From IMG/VR virus record IMGVR_UViG_3300046692_000091, positions 250,815-314,814 of that record: DNA of 64,000 nt; one strand, written 5' to 3'. Position numbers and translations under genes: made by a program. Below the pieces are notes generated by a model. That model saw only the letters and a list, made by a program, of their open reading frames with translations, was not told the DNA's origin and made no database searches. The first letter of the stretch is position 1, and each line of letters starts with the position of its first letter. This document shows, one piece after another, positions 26,269 through 34,987 of the stretch.

Positions 26269-28242
26269 ATGAATCATTACAAAGCCCGTGACTTGCTGAA
26301 TCTGTCTTATGAACAGCTATGGGCACTGCCCTCGGAATGGCACGTCATTGAGTTTGATGATGGAAAGCAGTTACTAGCTCGGGATCGGATCACTAAGCTG
26401 TCCGTTCTGAACTGGTATCCGCTGAAAGCGTATCCAGATGTACCGATCTTGAAAGAGTATCACATGGGTTCGAAGCGAGTGACTGCAAAGTCACTCATCA
26501 CCCACCTGAACAAAGTCATCTGGGGTATTCACGATCATACCAACGAAGAAGCTGATCCAGAGCACCTGGCTCGGTTAGCAATCGAAGCAACTAACTGGTT
26601 GTATAACGAATGTACGGTGAATCTATCCCCGTATGTAGCAACGCTGTCGATGTTCGATATCGCTGAAGTATATAACCACCCAGCAATCCGGGAAGCAAAC
26701 GAGAACGTAGAAGAATCCACCTATGGCATTGAATCCGTCGCGTACAAAAAGATCGGTGCAGCGTTCGATGACATTGCGAACTTTCGTGGTAACTCCATCA
26801 TTGAAGGTTATCGGTCTGGCACTCAGAAGCTGGAACAACTGCTGCAAGCATTTGGTCCACGGGGTTATCCGACTGACATCAACTCGGACATCTTCGCACA
26901 TCCGGTAACAGTTGGCTATGTAGATGGTATCTGGGATCTCTATGGTTCCATGATCGAATCTCGTTCAGGTACCAAAGCGTTGCTCTATAACAAAGAGCTG
27001 CTGCGGGTAACTGAATATTTCAACCGGAAGTCTCAGCTGATCGCTCAGTATGTACAGCGTCTCCACAAAGGTGATTGCGGTACTCCAATCCTCATCGACT
27101 TCCCGGTCCTGAAGAACACACTCAAAGCTCTGCGCGGTAAGTATTATCTGCGTGAAGATGGCGTGATGGATTGGATGCGCGGTGATGAAACGCACATGAT
27201 CGGTAAGATGATCAAGATGCGTTCGGTACTGGGTTGTACTCACCCAGACCCGGCCGGTGTATGTTCTCGTTGTTATGGTCGGTTGGCATTCTCGATCATG
27301 CGTGGGACTAACATCGGTCAGGTATCTGCCGTATCGATGGGCGATAAGATTACCTCATCGGTATTGTCCACTAAACACACCGACGCAACCTCTGCGGTAG
27401 AGCAGTTCCAAATCACTGGTGCCGTAGCACGATATCTCCGTGATGGCGATCAAAGTGAAACGTTGTATTTGAAGAAAGACTTGGCTAACCAAGGATATAG
27501 ACTAATCATCAAGACAGCTGAAGCAACATCTCTAGCCGACGTACTGATGATCAAAGACCTATCGGCATATCCAGCTGAAAGTGCATCTGAACTGACACAC
27601 ATCGGTTTGATTCGCACTGTCGAAGGAGAAGATCTGGGTGACATTCTCCCAGTGTCGTTGTATAACCGTAAGGCAAGTCTCTCCACTGAAATGCTATGTC
27701 ACGTACAACGAGTAGGCTGGATCACAGACAACCGCGATAACATCGTGATTGATCTGACAGGGTTCGACTTCGAACAACCATTCCTGACGTTGCCTTATAA
27801 GCACGTGAACATGTACGAGTTCATGAAGCGCGTACAATCGTTCCTGCACTCCGGTGACAATGGCGATGGTTCTAAGTTGTCCTCAGACAAGGTTGGCTTC
27901 ACTAGCAAAACCTATCTGAAGAACTATAAAGATCCAGTCGATGCTATTGCTGCATTCGCTGCATTGATCAATGAGAAGATTCGTCTGAACATCGTTCATT
28001 GTGAAGTTCTGGTATACGCTATGATGATCGTATCGGCGTCTGCTAAGGATTACAACTTGCCAATCCCAGGTATCACGGGTTCATTCGAGAAGTATAACAA
28101 AGTAATGGACAACCGTAGTCTTGCTGGCAAGCTGGCTTTCGAGAAGCAGCATGAGCCACTTAATAACCCAGGCAGCTTCCTGTATAAAAACAGGATCAAC
28201 CACCCTTACGATACAGCTGTAATGGGGGGTTGCATGTCCTAA
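26269..28242 (+). CDS. Non-virion RNA polymerase beta' subunit, C-terminal part (phiKZ gp74-like)
   Basis: YKARDLLNLSY..LW.LPSEWH.IEFDDGK N-terminus, Zn motif C..P..GVCSRCYG, trigger-loop-like SSVLSTKH. Confidence 0.95.
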   Translation: MNHYKARDLLNLSYEQLWALPSEWHVIEFDDGKQLLARDRITKLSVLNWYPLKAYPDVPILKEYHMGSKRVTAKSLITHLNKVIWGIHDHTNEEADPEHLARLAIEATNWLYNECTVNLSPYVATLSMFDIAEVYNHPAIREANENVEESTYGIESVAYKKIGAAFDDIANFRGNSIIEGYRSGTQKLEQLLQAFGPRGYPTDINSDIFAHPVTVGYVDGIWDLYGSMIESRSGTKALLYNKELLRVTEYFNRKSQLIAQYVQRLHKGDCGTPILIDFPVLKNTLKALRGKYYLREDGVMDWMRGDETHMIGKMIKMRSVLGCTHPDPAGVCSRCYGRLAFSIMRGTNIGQVSAVSMGDKITSSVLSTKHTDATSAVEQFQITGAVARYLRDGDQSETLYLKKDLANQGYRLIIKTAEATSLADVLMIKDLSAYPAESASELTHIGLIRTVEGEDLGDILPVSLYNRKASLSTEMLCHVQRVGWITDNRDNIVIDLTGFDFEQPFLTLPYKHVNMYEFMKRVQSFLHSGDNGDGSKLSSDKVGFTSKTYLKNYKDPVDAIAAFAALINEKIRLNIVHCEVLVYAMMIVSASAKDYNLPIPGITGSFEKYNKVMDNRSLAGKLAFEKQHEPLNNPGSFLYKNRINHPYDTAVMGGCMS

Positions 28243-28258
28243 GCGGAGGACGAAGTTT

Positions 28259-28276
28259 GGAGGGCTTCGGCCCTCC
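28259..28276 (+). terminator. Hairpin after the nvRNAP genes
   Basis: GGAGGGC-TTCG-GCCCTCC; the T-run lies about 13 nt downstream. Confidence 0.5.
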
Positions 28277-28295
28277 ATTACTCGTTAATTTTTTT

Positions 28296-29822
28296 ATGGA
28301 ACCACTGATTACAGCCGAGAGGTATACCCATGGGGTACGCCTATCTGGTTATTCCAGGGAGACACTGTATAAACTACAGCGCTTCTTGGATACGTTACTG
28401 TTACGGGAACCAACTAAAGTCCAAGGCCGTATGGTCATGGTTACTAAGAAGAAGTACTATGGCATAACGGAAGACAACCGAAGCATCTTTATCCATCGAA
28501 ACTCTTACCCCGCTCTGGTTAAGCATCTAGCAAATGTACAAATCCCAGAAGAACGGATCAGGGTAATTGATATCGTGGTGCCTACTGCTGCACCGGCTAG
28601 GTTCGTGGTAAAAGAAAAGTTCTCAATGCGGGACTACCAGGAAACAATCCTGGAAGATATCTTGAGACCACATCTCCATTCGGCTCGGGTAGACCTGCAA
28701 ACGGGTAAAGGGAAAACGTACACAAGTCTGGAAGCTCAATCGTCTCTGGGGTGTCGTACCGTTATCATGGTTCCGCCTAAGTACTTCGGTATCTGGGAAG
28801 AAGCATTGAAAGACGTCTACGAAGATATTGACTTGCGTTACGTTCGTGTGAGTGGATCTGCAGAATTGCAAATGATGATCAACCGTGGCATCGAGAATGA
28901 CCTTGATGGTATCGATGTTATATTGATCTCTAACGTTACCTATCGTGCGTATATTGATACGTTCGAGCGCCTGGGTGACAAGATCGACACTGTTGGCTAT
29001 AATGCTCCTCCGCCTCGTTTCCACGAAGCGTTGAAAGTAGGCTTGCAGATCAACGACGAAATCCAAGAAGACCCAGGTCTGTTGTTCCGTACGGACATGT
29101 ACACCAACGTTGCAAAACAGATCTATCTGTCGGCTACTCCTTTCACGGGGAATGACTACGTTACAAAGATGATCGACTTGATGCTCCCTCCAGAGACATG
29201 CTGTCGGTTACCTAGTTACGATTCGTATATCAACGTGGTTGGTGTGCTGTACAGCGAGCCTGCAATTCAGTCTCGTGATTATCTGACTCCGTTTAAGAAC
29301 ACGTATAACCATGCGCGTTACGAAACGCAGATGATGAAATCGAAGAAACGTCTGGAAGCTTACAACCTGATGGTTTCTCGAATTCTCTATGGTCAGTATA
29401 TCTCGGATCGTATTCAGGAACAGAAAGCCCTAGTACTATGTGCTACGGTTGCTTTCATTGATCAACTTGTTAAGTACTTGAAGGTTAAGTATCCCGATAT
29501 ACAGATCAATGAACACGTAGCTGGTTCTCCTTACGCACGATTGATGTTGAACGATGTAACGGTATCGACTATTAAGTCATCCGGTACTGGTGTTGACATT
29601 CCTAACTTGCGTGAAGTGATCCTGTTACAAGCAACGGACTCGAAGAAGGATAACATCCAGATCCTAGGCCGCCTGCGTAAGTTGAAGCTGTTTGCTGACG
29701 TGGTCCCACGTATGACATACCTGGTGTGTCAACACATCCCACAACACGTCAAGTACCACAAGAACAAGGCTGACCACTTCGCTGGTAAGATCTTGAACAT
29801 GGTTCTCAGAAAAATTAGCTAG
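28296..29822 (+). CDS. Superfamily-2 helicase (XPB/UvsW-like; phiKZ gp75-like)
   Basis: MRDYQ (Q motif), LQTGKGKT (Walker A), INDEIQ (DExx), LSATP, GTGVDIPNL and QILGRLR. Confidence 0.9.
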   Translation: MEPLITAERYTHGVRLSGYSRETLYKLQRFLDTLLLREPTKVQGRMVMVTKKKYYGITEDNRSIFIHRNSYPALVKHLANVQIPEERIRVIDIVVPTAAPARFVVKEKFSMRDYQETILEDILRPHLHSARVDLQTGKGKTYTSLEAQSSLGCRTVIMVPPKYFGIWEEALKDVYEDIDLRYVRVSGSAELQMMINRGIENDLDGIDVILISNVTYRAYIDTFERLGDKIDTVGYNAPPPRFHEALKVGLQINDEIQEDPGLLFRTDMYTNVAKQIYLSATPFTGNDYVTKMIDLMLPPETCCRLPSYDSYINVVGVLYSEPAIQSRDYLTPFKNTYNHARYETQMMKSKKRLEAYNLMVSRILYGQYISDRIQEQKALVLCATVAFIDQLVKYLKVKYPDIQINEHVAGSPYARLMLNDVTVSTIKSSGTGVDIPNLREVILLQATDSKKDNIQILGRLRKLKLFADVVPRMTYLVCQHIPQHVKYHKNKADHFAGKILNMVLRKIS

Positions 29823-29842
29823 TCCTTCGGGGCTAGCTTTAT
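29817..29842 (+). terminator. Hairpin/terminator after the helicase
   Basis: AGCTAGTCC-TTCG-GGGCTAGCT then TTAT. Confidence 0.65.
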
Positions 29843-29859
29843 TCCGTCTAGAGGTTTAA

Positions 29860-30063
29860 ATGCAATACGCTTACTTCGCTTTTCTAATAGCTATCGTCAT
29901 AACGCTAGGTGCCGTCTGGTACCGTGATTGGAAGTATCCATTCATGCAGCGTACCCCACACTGGACAAAGTCCCTGTCGCACAAGATCGCTAAGATTGCA
30001 TTCTGTGTAGCCTTGGTGTTTATGGCTACCTTCCTTTATATGTACTTCAAGGAAATGATTTAA
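29860..30063 (+). CDS. Small membrane protein (2 predicted TM helices)
   Basis: 67 aa, GAGG SD, two hydrophobic stretches separated by a basic loop. Confidence 0.75.
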   Translation: MQYAYFAFLIAIVITLGAVWYRDWKYPFMQRTPHWTKSLSHKIAKIAFCVALVFMATFLYMYFKEMI

Positions 30064-30073
30064 ATAATCTAAA

Positions 30074-30102
30074 GGACTATATTACAATCGTGAATATAGT
30101 CC
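30074..30102 (+). promoter_or_regulatory. Early promoter TATATTAC embedded in an inverted repeat
   Basis: GGACTATATTAC-AATC-GTGAATATAGTCC. Confidence 0.65.
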
Positions 30103-30120
30103 AACATAAGGAGCTCCATC

Positions 30121-30324
30121 ATGTATTGGGCACTCGTCTTCTTTGGTCCTGTTATACTCATGCTAGTTGGCTTGGGTGCAGCAGGTTCAGCTATTGCAAT
30201 GATCGCTGATAAACCACGTCGTACAATGACCTGGATTATTAGTCCGGTGATGGTTGCACTGGGTGTTGGCATCTTCTTCAGTGGTATCACACTGTTTGAT
30301 TTCGTACTCACAAGTATCAAATAA
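30121..30324 (+). CDS. Small membrane protein (2 TM)
   Basis: 67 aa, AAGGAG SD, two hydrophobic segments. Confidence 0.8.
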   Translation: MYWALVFFGPVILMLVGLGAAGSAIAMIADKPRRTMTWIISPVMVALGVGIFFSGITLFDFVLTSIK

Positions 30325-30333
30325 GGAACAATA

Positions 30334-30573
30334 ATGCTTTTCGCAATTATGACATTATACGCTGCCTACCGTGGTATCTGGTGGATAGTTGACTGGCAAC
30401 AAGGTAAGTTCACTGCTACTACATTTTCATGGGCGGTCAATTGCGTCATGGCATGTGTTGCAACAATTTGTGTTGTTGCAATTATCTTCTCGACCAGTAT
30501 CAACATGACCGCAGGTGAATCTGGTTTTGGTATTAACATCGTCTTCGCATATGAATTAAAAGCTAAGGAGTAA
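30334..30573 (+). CDS. Small membrane protein (2 TM)
   Basis: 79 aa, AAGGA SD. Confidence 0.75.
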   Translation: MLFAIMTLYAAYRGIWWIVDWQQGKFTATTFSWAVNCVMACVATICVVAIIFSTSINMTAGESGFGINIVFAYELKAKE

Positions 30574-30575
30574 TC

Positions 30576-30812
30576 ATGATTACCGTTCTAGGCATGCTAA
30601 TGGTTGTACTCGCTTTCTGTTTGCTGTTAGCATACCTACAAGGCTATCTGTGGCACGGACTGCCAACAGCTATACTCTGCGTTACCTTTATGGTTATCAG
30701 CTGTGGTGTGCTGGTATACGGTCTTGAAAGTGAGACTCCAGGTGGCCTCTATTATAAATCCGATCACCCACAGCTAAAGGAGGTAAAAAATGGAATACTT
30801 GTCCGTAGTTGA
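30576..30812 (+). CDS. Small membrane protein (2 TM)
   Basis: 78 aa, AAGGAG SD. Confidence 0.8.
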   Translation: MITVLGMLMVVLAFCLLLAYLQGYLWHGLPTAILCVTFMVISCGVLVYGLESETPGGLYYKSDHPQLKEVKNGILVRS

Positions 30813-31029
30813 TTACTTTCATGGTGCTGGTGGGATGCTGTTGATCGGTATCCTAGTAATGGTTGTCGCTTTCGTAATGCATGTTAGTGAGAACAACATG
30901 AACCATGCAGTTTATGAGTTCGTTGCTCTCATTTACATAGGTGGGACCTTAGGGTTAACCTTGTTCTTCATCGCAATTCCTACACTCTGTTTTATCCGTC
31001 CAATCTTGATGTGTTATCGGGTGATGTAA
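30790..31029 (+). CDS. Small membrane protein (2 TM)
   Basis: 79 aa, AAGGAGG SD. Confidence 0.8.
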   Translation: MEYLSVVDYFHGAGGMLLIGILVMVVAFVMHVSENNMNHAVYEFVALIYIGGTLGLTLFFIAIPTLCFIRPILMCYRVM

Positions 31030-31253
31030 TGCTTTTGAATATGGCTACATTTGTATTGATGCTGATGTTTTGTCTAACTCTGCCTGGTGGGGTCTGGTTA
31101 GTCTATCGTCGTGAGTATGAACCTGAATTCATAACACGGCATCGTAAACTACTATTGTGGATTCTCTCCACAGTGACTATCCTTACGGTGGTATCAACAG
31201 GGATCTGTATGTATGAGATCTCTTTGATTCAGGAACGCTTACTTTTACCATAA
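31011..31253 (+). CDS. Small membrane protein (2 TM)
   Basis: 74-80 aa (alternative coupled start TAATG at 31029); ends at the hairpin. Confidence 0.75.
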   Translation: MLSGDVMLLNMATFVLMLMFCLTLPGGVWLVYRREYEPEFITRHRKLLLWILSTVTILTVVSTGICMYEISLIQERLLLP

Positions 31254-31290
31254 CGGCATAAAGCCTCCACCTTCGGGTGGAGGCAATATG
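31254..31290. terminator. Bidirectional hairpin (CGGCATA...AATATG type)
   Basis: GCCTCCACC-TTCG-GGTGGAGGC (31263-31284) between convergent genes. Confidence 0.75.
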
Positions 31291-31301
31291 TTATTTTTTT
31301 T

Positions 31302-31769
31302 TTACTTCGTCTGACGATTCATGTCCCGAATATCTCGATTCATATCACGTAGAGCCCTGCTCTGCTCATCTACCTTACGCATCATGTCTGTTTCACCGAT
31401 CTCTAGAATGAATGTGGCTTCGTCATATGGGAGTTCTTTAAACTCGTTATAACTAATACCCCACTGTTCTTTGACATTGTAACGAACATACTTGCGCATT
31501 AATGAACGTACCGATCCACCTTCTACTGTATCCTCTTTGTCGAACATACGAACAACATCTAGAGGGTGCTTAGGGTGATCAGGTGGACGAATACCATAGT
31601 CGTCCAAATAAGCTTCGCGCAGAAGTATCTCTGCAGTCGATGGTCTTATGGCTCCTACCTCAGCATAAAGCTTATCCAACTTACCCCCACGGGGGCGACG
31701 CTGATGGCCGAAGCTATACTGCGTCACGTGCCCATTGGGATCAGACAGATCAACTGCCAGGCGTGTCAT
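31302..31769 (-). CDS. Conserved protein, possibly baseplate-hub/tail assembly chaperone (phiKZ gp77 position)
   Basis: 155 aa; WGISYNEFKELP resembles tail-assembly chaperone motifs; function inferred. Confidence 0.6.
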   Translation of the reverse strand: MTRLAVDLSDPNGHVTQYSFGHQRRPRGGKLDKLYAEVGAIRPSTAEILLREAYLDDYGIRPPDHPKHPLDVVRMFDKEDTVEGGSVRSLMRKYVRYNVKEQWGISYNEFKELPYDEATFILEIGETDMMRKVDEQSRALRDMNRDIRDMNRQTK

Positions 31770-31792
31770 CTGTGGGTCTTTGTTCTTATGAC

Positions 31793-33436
31793 CTACTGGT
31801 TGACTTTCTGGCCCGCCAAGGTAAAAAATGTCGATACGATATCAAGAGGAATCAAGTGATCGAAACGTTCATGGAACTTCTCGGCCATTGCTGATTCACA
31901 CACGGAACAGTTCCACGAAGGAATAGCAACCATGCACAGGATAGTATCGTCGATGAATTGCAGTACAGCTGCTTCGAAAGCAGAAGCGTACTTCTTATCC
32001 GACATTACGTTGGACAGGTATTCATCAATGACTTCTTCGTTCTCGGTCAAGAGCTCTTCAGTAGAATGAGCATCTTCACGTTGATAGATAGCGTCTACCC
32101 AATGAGAGTACTGTCGTGCGCCCGTGATAGAGCCCAGGCGATCGATGTAAGCATTACGGTTAGCGTCACCAGGGGCTTCGTTAAAAGCGCTGTGTGAAGC
32201 ATCTACTACGCCGTCAATCCATCGGTTGCCAGCATCCCGTCGCTCAGCAATCGAAGGTACACGGAGACGAATGCCAATATCATCAAACCATTTGATAGGC
32301 TTTCGACCCAGAGTGGTGTCTTGTGCATATTGATCCAATTCCTCTGCGCGTAATTGACGACCGAATCGAACGTGTAGTAAATCTTTCTGACGTTCTACGA
32401 GTTGTGTGATATCGAACCAGGTAAGCGAGAACATGTCCAGCTTAGCTTCTTCAACATGGGTACACTTGGATGGATCAGCGATGCAGGTATGGCGGTAGTT
32501 AAAACCACCTGGATACATAGTCGATGCCAAACCGTGGTGCAGAATCGGTTCGTCCAATGCAGACAGACGGTGTTCGATGTCACCAGGAGAAGTAGCAGCC
32601 ATGTTAGTGTGTGTTACACACTGCAGAGCCAGATCCGTGAGAGCGTTGTTATAAACAGCAATCCGGTTAGAGAAACCTTGCCCTTTGGTAGCACGACCCA
32701 AACGAACTGCAACGTTCTGCAGTCGTTGAATCATGTTGGCTACTTCTGTGTTAGTCGGAGTACGCAACCGAATCCAGATACCAGTGTGAGGCATAGGGAA
32801 TTCATGAGTGGCACCCATACCCGATTTACGGGTAAGATATGCGAGCATATCCGATTTAGCAGGTTTGTCTGACAGTTTGATCTTCGGACGGGATGGACCG
32901 ATCTTACGACCGTTGTGTTCAAAGAACTGTACCCATTCAGAACCTTCGCGATGCGTAGCACGACGCGGTGTGGTGTTCATGTCGACGTGTTCGATAGCGG
33001 ACTGGAGTGTCTCCAGCCAATCGAGGTCGCGTTGCTCTGTGGTGATCTCACCGCCTTCAATGTCCGAGAACAAGCGGTTGTGTACACGCAATACTTCTTC
33101 AAACGTTTCAGGGTTTTCACGCATGAACGAAATGATAGAAGCCATTGCTGGAATCTTTTCCGAATCAACTGGACGGTCGATACGGAAGTTTACTTTTGGT
33201 TGCTTGGGTGTGAACGGTACCAAGACCTCTTCATCACCCGGATCAACTGGATCGTCATCACCATCTGGCGATGTAACCGGAGCAGGGACTACCGGATCGG
33301 TAGCCTCTACTTCAATAACCTTTTGCTCTGGTGCTATTTCATAAACTGGAGCAGCAACAGTTTGCGCGAAGTGAACGGCTAGTTCAGCAGGGATCTCTTC
33401 GGCGAATTCTTCATCATCTTGAATATGTTGGGACAT
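31793..33436 (-). CDS. Conserved protein with C-terminal CxxC, possibly T4 gp26-like baseplate hub assembly factor
   Basis: 547 aa; acidic/Pro-rich N-terminus, WIRLRTP, IRLRVPS, WNCSVC; function inferred. Confidence 0.6.
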   Translation of the reverse strand: MSQHIQDDEEFAEEIPAELAVHFAQTVAAPVYEIAPEQKVIEVEATDPVVPAPVTSPDGDDDPVDPGDEEVLVPFTPKQPKVNFRIDRPVDSEKIPAMASIISFMRENPETFEEVLRVHNRLFSDIEGGEITTEQRDLDWLETLQSAIEHVDMNTTPRRATHREGSEWVQFFEHNGRKIGPSRPKIKLSDKPAKSDMLAYLTRKSGMGATHEFPMPHTGIWIRLRTPTNTEVANMIQRLQNVAVRLGRATKGQGFSNRIAVYNNALTDLALQCVTHTNMAATSPGDIEHRLSALDEPILHHGLASTMYPGGFNYRHTCIADPSKCTHVEEAKLDMFSLTWFDITQLVERQKDLLHVRFGRQLRAEELDQYAQDTTLGRKPIKWFDDIGIRLRVPSIAERRDAGNRWIDGVVDASHSAFNEAPGDANRNAYIDRLGSITGARQYSHWVDAIYQREDAHSTEELLTENEEVIDEYLSNVMSDKKYASAFEAAVLQFIDDTILCMVAIPSWNCSVCESAMAEKFHERFDHLIPLDIVSTFFTLAGQKVNQ

Positions 33437-33441
33437 TGGTA

Positions 33442-33999
33442 TTACTCCGATGCCACCTGACCAGCTGCGAATGTTTTGTACAGGATGTCTGCGCCTACAC
33501 CGCCTGCTTCCAGGATGGACATTTGCTTCATCAGCTCAGGGCCGACTTGGGTTTCCATTTGAGTTTGAATCTTGCTATACCCCATGGTCAGTTCAGCAAC
33601 CAGGGTCTGTTCATCTTCAGTTACCGCGCCTTCTTTACCTTCGTGTCGTTTCGACAGAGCAAGCAGTACAGAGGACATGGTGGCCAGGTCTTCTTTCAGA
33701 GCGTCGAAGCCCTTTGCGAATTCCTCGTAGTATTCACCCAGTTTGGTACGAACCAGTTCTTCTTCAGCAATAACTGGCAGAACAAACAGCTGTGTGGTTT
33801 GCAGTGCTTCACTGTTCAGCAGGAACAATTGTTTCAGGATCGACCAGCCTTCAGTAGCGAGCAAAGTCTGTGCTATAAAGGATTGGGTTTCCAGAGCTTG
33901 TTCTTTAGTCATAGCGTCACCGATTTCCACGTTGAGGGTAGTACCTTCACGAGTAACGGATTGAGCAGGAACGATCACTTCGGACATTGGGAGATTCAT
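33442..33999 (-). CDS. Conserved helical hypothetical protein
   Basis: 185 aa, AAGGA SD, late TATG motif 33 nt upstream. Confidence 0.8.
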   Translation of the reverse strand: MNLPMSEVIVPAQSVTREGTTLNVEIGDAMTKEQALETQSFIAQTLLATEGWSILKQLFLLNSEALQTTQLFVLPVIAEEELVRTKLGEYYEEFAKGFDALKEDLATMSSVLLALSKRHEGKEGAVTEDEQTLVAELTMGYSKIQTQMETQVGPELMKQMSILEAGGVGADILYKTFAAGQVASE

Positions 34000-34029
34000 G
34001 TTGTTTCCTTAGGCAAATTTGCGGATTGT

Positions 34030-34099
34030 TAACATAGTATCACCCACTCAGTATTTTACTTCCAAGGTAAAGATCAACTCATAACGCAACACTATGTTA
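34030..34099. promoter_or_regulatory. Back-to-back late (nvRNAP, TATG) promoters
   Basis: Inverted copies of ACTATGTTA at 34030-34038 (- strand) and 34091-34099 (+ strand), each about 30-35 nt before an SD-bearing start. Confidence 0.6.
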
Positions 34100-34126
34100 C
34101 TAAAATCAAAGGAAGAGGGCTTTTTA

Positions 34127-34987
34127 ATGCAATTCATTATAGACAGTGTACTTACACCACTGATCACAGAAGAGCGTAAGGAGACAATCCTTAGCTGTGT
34201 AGCATCACTGGAGTCACTGGACTACCAGGCAGCACTGGATGAGCTCCACCAAGTTGTAGAGATGTCAGATGGCACTGTAGATAATGCGACTATGATCGCA
34301 CGTATTGACGATGTGATCTGGAATGCTCATGAAACTATTTTCAAACAACATGAAGTACAGGTATCGATGGAGGCTTCACAAGAAGTCCGACAATCTATCG
34401 TGGAAGTGTTGTCCAGTTTCAACAAGTATGTAATCCCCGATCAACTATTAATGTTGTTCGAAGGTGGGTTCATGCCAGAAGAGATACTAGCCCATATGTG
34501 TCAACTCTTTACTTCGGTGAAGGTAGATGAAGTGTGGCCAGAGATCAAAGATGTTTCTCCTAACCTCATGCGCACAATGCGGGATGAGATTGAACGACAA
34601 GTTCGTTATCGTGGGTTAGAAGACACTGAGACTTCCCCAGTACTGCGTGTCAAGATGGTTAACGACTACATTCGTGTATGTGGTGCAGAAACATTCTCTA
34701 TGCTCTTAGACCTGTCTAATGCTGGTGTCCGTATCGGTACCCGTGAGATCGGTCCTCTTATTCAACAATCACTGGAAGCTCTGGATCGTAAAGAGCCAGA
34801 ACACGCAGCCCTGGAAATCTTTGGATTAGTATTGATGTCTAATACTCCAGTCGCAGAGATCGAAAAGAAGGTACGTGATTTGATCGGTGATTACACAGAT
34901 AACAACATGGACAATTCCCGAATGCTTGAATCTGTCAAGCCTTTGGTGAAGCTCCTTAGCGAGTACAAAGAAGATGCAAATTCGTGA
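34127..34987 (+). CDS. Conserved helical protein, probably virion-associated
   Basis: 286 aa from ATG 34127 (GAGG SD); overlaps the vRNAP gene start. Confidence 0.75.
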   Translation: MQFIIDSVLTPLITEERKETILSCVASLESLDYQAALDELHQVVEMSDGTVDNATMIARIDDVIWNAHETIFKQHEVQVSMEASQEVRQSIVEVLSSFNKYVIPDQLLMLFEGGFMPEEILAHMCQLFTSVKVDEVWPEIKDVSPNLMRTMRDEIERQVRYRGLEDTETSPVLRVKMVNDYIRVCGAETFSMLLDLSNAGVRIGTREIGPLIQQSLEALDRKEPEHAALEIFGLVLMSNTPVAEIEKKVRDLIGDYTDNNMDNSRMLESVKPLVKLLSEYKEDANS

